DNA from: an uncultured Candidatus Actinomarina sp.
GTDB lineage: Bacteria; Actinomycetota; Acidimicrobiia; Actinomarinales; Actinomarinaceae
DNA: 64,000 nt
Assembly: GCA_902604835.1 (NCBI GenBank)
Contig: CACKZW010000006.1
Location: 1,359 to 65,358, forward strand
Direction: 5' to 3'
Shown here: in pieces, positions 57,865 through 64,000 of the stretch
How the letters are laid out: every line of letters starts with the position of its first letter
Numbering within the stretch: the first letter of the stretch is position 1
Program-made: the position numbers and the translations under genes
The notes under the pieces: model-generated
Seen by the model: only the letters and a program-made list of their open reading frames with translations
The model's database searches: none
What the model was told of the DNA's origin: nothing

Positions 57865-57873
57865 GGAGAAATA

Positions 57874-59865
57874 TTGAGTAAATATAAAGGCTCAGCTAGA
57901 TGGAAATTTGTTGTGCTTTTCTCAATTTTTGCAATGGTTGTTGTTGCCTGTGCAGGCGACACAGCTGATGACGTAGAAGTAGTAGAAGAAGAAACGGAAG
58001 CTACTGAAACTACATCAACTACCGCTGCAGAAGTTGTAGAAGAGTCAAGTGCACCTGAGGGTGTTTTCAAAATGGGCATCTATTCTGACCCACAAGGCTT
58101 CAATATTTGGGATGCTGTCGATGTGCAGCAAGACTATTGGACTTTTGCAACTCTAAGTCCCCAGGCAACTAGTTTGTTTGGAACAAATTACCCAAGCTAT
58201 ACACTAGTTACAAACATGGCGGCTGAATTAGTTGAAACTTCAGTTGATAATGGTGATGGAACATTTAGTTATACTGTTCCAATCACTGAAGGCTATAAAT
58301 GGAGTGATGGTGAGGCTATAGACGCTAACGATATGGTATTTACATATGAAACCGTTAGAGACTTGGGCATGTTAGGTGGATGGACAAATAGTTATCCATT
58401 AGCAACAGAGAGAGAAGATGGAACTGTCGCACAAGGTCTTACAAACATCGAAGCAATTGATGACTATACAGTTAAAGTCACATTTAACTTTGACCCAGGA
58501 TTGTCAGTTTGGCAATATGGAGTCGCTAGCGCATCATTTGTTGCAGAACATTATTGGTCACAATATGCAACTGATAGAGAAACTCTATTAGCTGCTCCTG
58601 TTGATGGTGTACCTGTTGCAGGTGCATTTGAGTATGGAACACTAGAATCTGGTGCTTTCTATACCTGGGAATATGATTCAGACACAATGTTTTTTGGTGG
58701 AGAAAACACTGTTTACGCAAACGGTGGTGTTTCATACAGCAATGACAATGGAGTTGCTCCTGCAATTTCATATGAGTTTGGAGATTTAAGTGGAGATTCT
58801 ATATCTTGGACTGACGGTCCATTTGTCGGTACAGTTGAGTTTTCACTATATGGTGATCAAGATGCTGCATACTTAGCTTTCCAAAGTGGCGAAGTAGATT
58901 TCGTACTTAATCCACTTGGGTTAAAAAGAAATGCGCTTGAAGCATTAATTTCACAAGGTGATGTAGAAGTAATTACAAACCAATCAAATGGTTTTAGATA
59001 CATGGCCTTTAATACAAGAGAAGGTAAGTTCCCTACAGATAATAAAGCTTTTAGACAAGCTGTATCATGTATAGTTGATAAAGACTATATTATCGAAAGC
59101 ATTCTTGCTGGAGCTGTGATAAATATGGACGGCGTTATGCCACCTGCATTAACATCATGGGTATCTCCAGTCCAAGGAGTTCTAGCTGAATGTAATAGCA
59201 TGAACTTTGAAGAAAGATGGAACAAATCAATTAGCATCCTTCAAGATGCTGGATGGCAAGCTGATGACTGGGGATCACACCCTGGTGGATCTGAAAGAGC
59301 TATTGCACCTACTAACCTTAGAGGTCCAAATGGAGAAGCAATGCCTTCAGATATGTTGCTATATGCACCATCTGCTGGATATGATCCAATAAGATCAACA
59401 TTCTCATTATTTATTGCTGATTGGATGCAGCAATTAGGTATTGACGCTGTTGCTAGACCAACTGGTTTTAGCATTATTGTTGACCTTATTCTTGACCCAG
59501 AGACTTGTGATGAATGGTTTATGTACATGTTAGGTTGGGGATTAACGCCTTATCCTGATCACGTTGTAAGCTTTTTCGAAACTGATGCTGATGCATGTGC
59601 TGGTGGTTTGAATACACCTGGTTATAGTAATCCAGTGTATGATGCCTTAGCAGCAGAATTTGAAGCTGCTAAAACAGTCGGTGAAGCACAAGTAATTTCT
59701 AAACAAATGGAAACGATCTTGTTTGAGGATCTTCCATATTTAGTATTATTTACACCTCCATTGATAGAGGCTTATAGAAGTAACGTAGAATTTCCATATA
59801 CTGAAGTTCTAGGTGCTATGTCTAACCTTTATGGACTACCTGGAAGTGTTAAAGTTAACAAATAA
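57874..59865 (+). CDS. ABC transporter substrate-binding lipoprotein, family 5 (peptide/nickel/opine type)
   Basis: TTG start 5 nt after a perfect AAGGAG. Signal peptide SKYKGSARWKFVVLFSIFAMVVVAC with lipobox V-V-A-C, then an acidic/Thr-rich linker. Large SBP_bac_5-like body. Followed by two permease and two ATPase genes. The ORF-track start at 57802 is rejected. Confidence 0.9.
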   Translation: MSKYKGSARWKFVVLFSIFAMVVVACAGDTADDVEVVEEETEATETTSTTAAEVVEESSAPEGVFKMGIYSDPQGFNIWDAVDVQQDYWTFATLSPQATSLFGTNYPSYTLVTNMAAELVETSVDNGDGTFSYTVPITEGYKWSDGEAIDANDMVFTYETVRDLGMLGGWTNSYPLATEREDGTVAQGLTNIEAIDDYTVKVTFNFDPGLSVWQYGVASASFVAEHYWSQYATDRETLLAAPVDGVPVAGAFEYGTLESGAFYTWEYDSDTMFFGGENTVYANGGVSYSNDNGVAPAISYEFGDLSGDSISWTDGPFVGTVEFSLYGDQDAAYLAFQSGEVDFVLNPLGLKRNALEALISQGDVEVITNQSNGFRYMAFNTREGKFPTDNKAFRQAVSCIVDKDYIIESILAGAVINMDGVMPPALTSWVSPVQGVLAECNSMNFEERWNKSISILQDAGWQADDWGSHPGGSERAIAPTNLRGPNGEAMPSDMLLYAPSAGYDPIRSTFSLFIADWMQQLGIDAVARPTGFSIIVDLILDPETCDEWFMYMLGWGLTPYPDHVVSFFETDADACAGGLNTPGYSNPVYDALAAEFEAAKTVGEAQVISKQMETILFEDLPYLVLFTPPLIEAYRSNVEFPYTEVLGAMSNLYGLPGSVKVNK

Positions 59866-59882
59866 TAGTTAACATTAGAATT

Positions 59883-59914
59883 GAAAAGTGGGTAGAAATA
59901 CCCACTTTTCATTT
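59883..59914 (+). terminator. Intrinsic terminator/attenuator between the binding-protein gene and the permease genes
   Basis: GAAAAGTGGGTA-GAAA-TACCCACTTTTC: perfect 12-bp inverted repeat with a GAAA loop (59883-59910). The G+C core AGTGGGTA/TACCCACT is followed by TTTCATTT. It is the only strong G+C hairpin I saw in an intergenic region of this window. Confidence 0.7.
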
Positions 59915-59953
59915 AATATTTAAATGTAATCTTTTTTAAAATTAAGAGGGGAT

Positions 59954-61126
59954 ATGTTAGTTTATACAATTAAGAGATTTTTTGAAATGATAATAGTATT
60001 TTTCCTCTTCCTTATAATCTCATATTTATTATTCAATGCGATACCTGGTAATGCATTTTCAAGTTTACTTTTGAACCCATTACTACCTCCTGAAACATAC
60101 CAACGAACCATAGAAACATTTGGATTAGATAAACCATTATTTGAACGAATACAGCTTTATATTATTAATTTTTTCAAAGGTGATTTTGGATATTCGTACA
60201 TATATTATCCACGAACCCCAATTGAGCTAATTGCAGAAAGGTTACCAAGAACACTAATGCTTTTTTCTATTGTCAATGTAATTGCCTTCTATACAGGTTT
60301 TTTAGTTGGAAAAATTTTAGCTTGGAGAAGAGGATCGAAATCTGAAACATGGATAACAATTGGTTCTGTATTTTCTTATACAGTTTTTTATCCATGGTTT
60401 GCTTTAATGATGCTTTGGTTTTTTGGATATAAAATGGGATGGTTTCCACTTGGAAAATTTCTTGTACCAGAAAAATGGTACGACTCTCCATATTCTAGTG
60501 ACGAAATTTTTTATACATTAATATTATTTACAACGGTAACTTCTGTATTTTTATTTTTAATTTTTATTTTTACTAGAAACATTGAATCTCTCCAATCAAG
60601 AAGAAACTCGAGGTTTGTAGGTTTAATAATACTATTCATCATATCTGCGATTTATTGGAGTAATGGCGAAGCATCTTTACAAAGATTTTATGCAGCCGAC
60701 ATTGCATATCATATGATTCTTCCAACATTTACCGTTACTTTGGTAGCTTTTGCAGGTACTGCCCTTTTAACACGAACTACCATGATGGAAGTTTTAAAAG
60801 ATGACTATATTCTCACAGCAAGAGCTAAGGGCTTAAGTCAAAAAAGAATAAGAGACAGACATGCTGCTAGAACAGCATTATTACCTGTAGTAACGTCTTT
60901 TATTTTTACAATAATTACTATTATTGATGGTTCAGTGCTCACAGAATCAATTTTTTCATGGCCTGGAATGGGTCAATTAATTTTAGAAGCAGTAACACGA
61001 GAAGATATACCACTTGCGATGGCGTCGTTTTCCTTTATAGGGATACTTGCTTTGATAGCCCACTTCATTGCAGATATTTCATACGCCTTTTTAGATCCAA
61101 GAATTAGAGTTAAAGTAGAGAATTAA
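59954..61126 (+). CDS. ABC transporter permease (DppB/OppB-like)
   Basis: 390 aa. N-terminal MLVYTIKRFFEMIIVF typical of OppB/DppB. EAA-loop region LTARAKGLSQKRIRDRHAARTALLPVVT. Confidence 0.9.
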   Translation: MLVYTIKRFFEMIIVFFLFLIISYLLFNAIPGNAFSSLLLNPLLPPETYQRTIETFGLDKPLFERIQLYIINFFKGDFGYSYIYYPRTPIELIAERLPRTLMLFSIVNVIAFYTGFLVGKILAWRRGSKSETWITIGSVFSYTVFYPWFALMMLWFFGYKMGWFPLGKFLVPEKWYDSPYSSDEIFYTLILFTTVTSVFLFLIFIFTRNIESLQSRRNSRFVGLIILFIISAIYWSNGEASLQRFYAADIAYHMILPTFTVTLVAFAGTALLTRTTMMEVLKDDYILTARAKGLSQKRIRDRHAARTALLPVVTSFIFTIITIIDGSVLTESIFSWPGMGQLILEAVTREDIPLAMASFSFIGILALIAHFIADISYAFLDPRIRVKVEN

Positions 61127-61127
61127 T

Positions 61128-62192
61128 ATGGAAAATAATAATCAGGACAGAGATATAAAAGCGACCTTAAAGAAAAATTGGATTTTATTTAAACAAAGTA
61201 AATTAGGAATGACTGGGCTAGGGATTGTAATATTTTTTGGTTTTCTAGCTGTCTTACAACCTATATTATTCTTAACTAATGTTTGGGATGAAGGAGTTTA
61301 TCATCCAGTTGTTGGTTACGATGCAGAAAAGGTTGCAAGAACAATCGTAGAATGTCCTGACCAATATCCTACAAAAGATTATCAAACAAGAGAAGATTGC
61401 CCAAAGGTAGATGAGGTAAATATTAGGTATCTAAAAGCATTTAATATTGATGGAGATGTAGGTGATATTTATGAATCGAATGTACAGCCTGCACCACCTT
61501 CGAGAAAACATATTTTAGGCACAGATTCTCTCGGAAGAGATATCTTTTCACAAATTATGGAGGGCTGCCAAGTTGCATTTGTTTTAGGATTAATCAGTGC
61601 AATTATTGGCGTAGGAATTTCGACATTGCTTGGAACTGCTGCTGCATTTTATGGTGGAGCACTTGATACTTACTTAATGAGACAATCTGACTTAGTATTA
61701 ATGCTACCTTCATTACCTTTCTTATTTATTATCTCAGCATTCGCAGAGTTACAAGTTTGGCATTTAGCAGTTGTATTAGGAACCTTAGGTGGATTAGGGG
61801 GGTCAGTAATCACAATTAAATCTCAAGCTTTACAAGTTAAAGTAAAACCATTTGTTGATTCTGCAAGAATCACTGGTGGAACTAGAAGAAGAATTATGTT
61901 TTCTCATATTCTCCCTAACGTTGCACCTTTAGCACTTCTGTATATGGTTTTTAGTGTTACTGGCGCTATAGCATCAGAAAGCGTTCTATCTTTTCTGGGC
62001 TTATTAAATATTGATATGAGTTGGGGGATAATGATATATCTTGCACAAACAGAGGGTTTTATATTTACAGGACTTAAATATTGGTGGTTAATCCTTCCTG
62101 CAGGATTATCTGTTACCTTGCTGGCTGGCGGTTTTTATCTAGTTGGTAGAGGTTTAGATGACGTATTCAATCCAAGGCTGAGACGTAGATAA
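61128..62192 (+). CDS. ABC transporter permease (DppC/OppC-like) with an extended first extracytoplasmic loop
   Basis: 354 aa. HILGTDSLGRDIFSQ, EAA-loop ARITGGTRRRIMFSHILPNVAPL. About 90 residues, including two Cys, lie between TM1 and the GTD motif. Confidence 0.9.
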   Translation: MENNNQDRDIKATLKKNWILFKQSKLGMTGLGIVIFFGFLAVLQPILFLTNVWDEGVYHPVVGYDAEKVARTIVECPDQYPTKDYQTREDCPKVDEVNIRYLKAFNIDGDVGDIYESNVQPAPPSRKHILGTDSLGRDIFSQIMEGCQVAFVLGLISAIIGVGISTLLGTAAAFYGGALDTYLMRQSDLVLMLPSLPFLFIISAFAELQVWHLAVVLGTLGGLGGSVITIKSQALQVKVKPFVDSARITGGTRRRIMFSHILPNVAPLALLYMVFSVTGAIASESVLSFLGLLNIDMSWGIMIYLAQTEGFIFTGLKYWWLILPAGLSVTLLAGGFYLVGRGLDDVFNPRLRRR

Positions 62193-62193
62193 A

Positions 62194-63165
62194 ATGTCAA
62201 AAATTTTGCTAGAGGTAAAAAATTTATCAATGCACTACGATACGCTTGAAGGCAATGTAGAGGCAGTAAAAAATGTATCTTTCAACGTAAATAGTGGTGA
62301 GTCTTTTGGATTAGTAGGAGAGTCAGGATGTGGAAAAACATCAGTGGCCATGACATTGTTGCAACTTCAACCAGAAAACTCAATCATTACTGAGGGAAGT
62401 ATTAAGCTCGATGGAAAAGAATTAGTAGGCTTATCAGAAAATGATCTAAGAAAAGTAAGATGGGATAGCATAAGCATTGTGTTTCAAGGTGCTATGAATG
62501 CATGGAATCCAGTTATCAAAATTGGTGAACAAATACGAGAGGCCATGCGTGAGCATTATCCTCAAAATTCAAAACAAGAAAACATAAACAAGATTAATGA
62601 ATTATTTAGGATGGTCGGCTTAGATGAATCAATATCTGAAAGATTTCCACACGAACTTTCTGGTGGTATGAAACAAAGAGCAGTCATTGCACTTGCTTTG
62701 TCATGTGATCCCAAGATTATCATTGCGGATGAACCAACTACAGCTTTAGATGTTGTTATTCAGGATCAAATTCTTAATGAAATTAAAAAAGTACAAAATT
62801 TATTGGGTTTAAGTTTAATCTATATTTCTCACGATATTGCAGTCATTGCTGAGATGACAGATAAAATTGCTGTTATGTACGCTGGCTCTATTGTTGAAAT
62901 GGGTCCTACCAAAAATGTTTTTACATCTCCAAAACATTCTTACACCAGAGCATTGCTCGATTCAACACCTTCTATAAAAGGTGAAAAGAAAAAATTAAGA
63001 TCGTTAGATGGAGAACCTCCAAGTTTGATCGATAAGATTGACGGATGTTCTTTTGCACCAAGATGTCCTGATAGAGAGATTAGTTGCAATCCAACAGAGC
63101 ATATGAGTTTAATTGAAATTGAGCCTGATCATTATGTCGATGTATGCAGTCAAGGAAAAATATAA
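62194..63165 (+). CDS. ABC transporter ATP-binding protein (OppD/DppD-like)
   Basis: 323 aa. Walker A GESGCGKTS, signature LSGGMKQRAVIA, Walker B IIADEPTTALD, C-terminal oligopeptide-type extension with CSFAPRCP. Confidence 0.92.
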   Translation: MSKILLEVKNLSMHYDTLEGNVEAVKNVSFNVNSGESFGLVGESGCGKTSVAMTLLQLQPENSIITEGSIKLDGKELVGLSENDLRKVRWDSISIVFQGAMNAWNPVIKIGEQIREAMREHYPQNSKQENINKINELFRMVGLDESISERFPHELSGGMKQRAVIALALSCDPKIIIADEPTTALDVVIQDQILNEIKKVQNLLGLSLIYISHDIAVIAEMTDKIAVMYAGSIVEMGPTKNVFTSPKHSYTRALLDSTPSIKGEKKKLRSLDGEPPSLIDKIDGCSFAPRCPDREISCNPTEHMSLIEIEPDHYVDVCSQGKI

Positions 63166-63167
63166 AA

Positions 63168-64000
63168 ATGAATGATAATTTAATTGAAGTTAGAAATTTA
63201 GTCAAACATTTTGAAGTATCAAAAAGTGTATTTTCTAGAAATAAAAAGATAGTAAAAGCTGTTGATGGTATCAGTTTTGATATTAAAGCTGGAGAAACGC
63301 TTGGGCTTGTAGGCCAAAGTGGATGTGGCAAGACTACAACTGCTAGATCTTTGTGTTTGCTTGATCCTAAAACTTCAGGAAGTGTAAATTTTTACAATCC
63401 AGATACTAAAAATATGGAATCAATTGATGATATTGATGATGATGGAATTCGTGTGTTTAGAAGAAATATGCAAATGATATTTCAAGATCCTTACGAGTCC
63501 CTAAATCCTAGATGGACTATTAAAGATATAATCAGAGAACCACTTGATATACACAATATTGGATCAATAGCCGAAAGAGAAGATGCAATTGTTGAAATTT
63601 TAAGAACTGTTGGTTTGACCCCTCCAAAAAATTATCTCAAGAGGTATCCTCATGAAATATCAGGTGGTCAAAGACAACGTGTATCAATTGCCCGTACACT
63701 TGTTATGAAACCAAAATTTGTTATATGTGATGAGCCAACGTCAATGTTAGATGTATCTATTCGTATTTCAATTATGGATCTAATGCTTAATCTCGCAAAA
63801 GAATTAGATGTATCCTATTTATACATAACGCATGATTTAGCTGTTGCACGCTACATGTGTAACAGAATTGCTGTAATGTTCAATGGAAAAATTGTTGAGA
63901 TTGCTGAAACAGAAGAATTATTACAAAATCCAATTCATCCATACACAAAAAGATTGATTTCATCAATTCCAATTCCAGACCCATCATACAAAAGAGAACG
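63168..64000 (+). CDS. ABC transporter ATP-binding protein (OppF/DppF-like), partial, runs off the window end
   Basis: Not in the ORF track (no stop in the window). Hand translation from ATG 63168: MNDNLIEVRNLVKHFEV..., Walker A GQSGCGKTT, signature ISGGQRQRVSIAR, Walker B ICDEPTSMLD, HPYTKRLISSIP near the window edge. Confidence 0.9.
   Translation, partial: MNDNLIEVRNLVKHFEVSKSVFSRNKKIVKAVDGISFDIKAGETLGLVGQSGCGKTTTARSLCLLDPKTSGSVNFYNPDTKNMESIDDIDDDGIRVFRRNMQMIFQDPYESLNPRWTIKDIIREPLDIHNIGSIAEREDAIVEILRTVGLTPPKNYLKRYPHEISGGQRQRVSIARTLVMKPKFVICDEPTSMLDVSIRISIMDLMLNLAKELDVSYLYITHDLAVARYMCNRIAVMFNGKIVEIAETEELLQNPIHPYTKRLISSIPIPDPSYKRE

Noticed and set aside
57802-57873. The ORF-track start (ATG 57802) would add 24 residues (MDLISSMYFIHFFKWIFCIQKGEI) to the binding protein.
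   Set aside because: An in-frame TTG at 57874 sits 5 nt after a perfect AAGGAG and yields a textbook lipoprotein signal peptide. The upstream extension overlaps the hairpin/palindrome leader and has no signal-peptide logic.
57874-64000. Considered whether the higher-G+C ABC transporter operon is a horizontally acquired island.
   Set aside because: The shift is explained by amino-acid composition: an acidic, Ala/Gly-rich exported protein and hydrophobic permeases. ftsZ and rpsA show the same effect. There are no mobility genes and no boundary repeats. Gene junctions follow the same compact grammar as the rest of the window.
1-64000. Looked for an alternative genetic code (UGA reassignment), CRISPR repeats, IS elements, long direct or inverted repeats, and rRNA or other large ncRNA genes.
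   Set aside because: TGA, TAA and TAG all terminate conserved proteins at the expected C-termini (for example ftsZ, pgk and tpiA end with TGA). No repeat arrays or transposase-like ORFs were seen. The only two intergenic stretches over 200 bp are explained by micro-ORFs or leader elements. Homopolymer A/T runs are ubiquitous here and not credible phase-variation signals.

Overview
This 64-kb window is visibly AT-rich (about one-third G+C by eye, not computed) and extremely gene-dense. It reads as chromosomal core genome, not an accessory island.

Lineage. Gene order matches the conserved synteny blocks of Actinobacteria: ftsZ-pgeF-yggS-sepF-yggT; ileS / dksA-like-lspA-rluD-dnaE; polA-rpsA-coaE-uvrB; uvrC-rapZ...pgk-tpiA-secG; trmI...pafB-pafC-tatA-tatC-helY; DUF4193; nadK...pyrG-xerD...scpA-scpB-rluB-cmk-der. 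I therefore infer a genome-streamlined, low-GC planktonic actinobacterium. The Actinomarinales-like style is an inference, not a demonstrated assignment.

Content. I call about 75 CDS, two of them partial at the window edges. A few are micro-ORFs below the 60-aa track cutoff, including a tatA the ORF track missed. There are also two type-II tRNA-Leu genes, one clear intrinsic terminator/attenuator inside an Opp/Dpp-type ABC operon, one terminator-like leader hairpin, and a few hand-read promoter candidates. From the called coordinates, only about 1.2-1.5 kb is left uncovered. Most same-strand junctions are ATGA/TAATG/GTGA overlaps, and all nine convergent gene junctions overlap at their 3' ends.

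Not found. I see no rRNA, CRISPR array, IS/transposase, prophage, toxin-antitoxin pair, restriction or other defence genes, or biosynthetic cluster. I could not identify a self-contained novel multi-gene system.

The observations most worth a second look are:
- a tRNA-Leu whose hand-folded anticodon is AAG (A34), wedged between secG and the next gene with 5- and 7-nt spacers;
- a clean collapse of the Pup-proteasome locus between trmI and a retained, very divergent pafBC-like WYL pair;
- a 44-residue polybasic N-terminal extension on FtsZ;
- a coaE-uvrB-uvrA-uvrC chain joined by identical TAATG junctions;
- absence of divIVA, yvcK-whiA-gap and recN from their canonical syntenic slots;
- a structured leader (promoter, hairpin, 16-nt perfect palindrome) in front of the ABC binding-protein gene;
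- a chain of stop/start-overlapping micro-ORFs.

All functional calls come from motifs read by eye and from remembered synteny. No searches were run.
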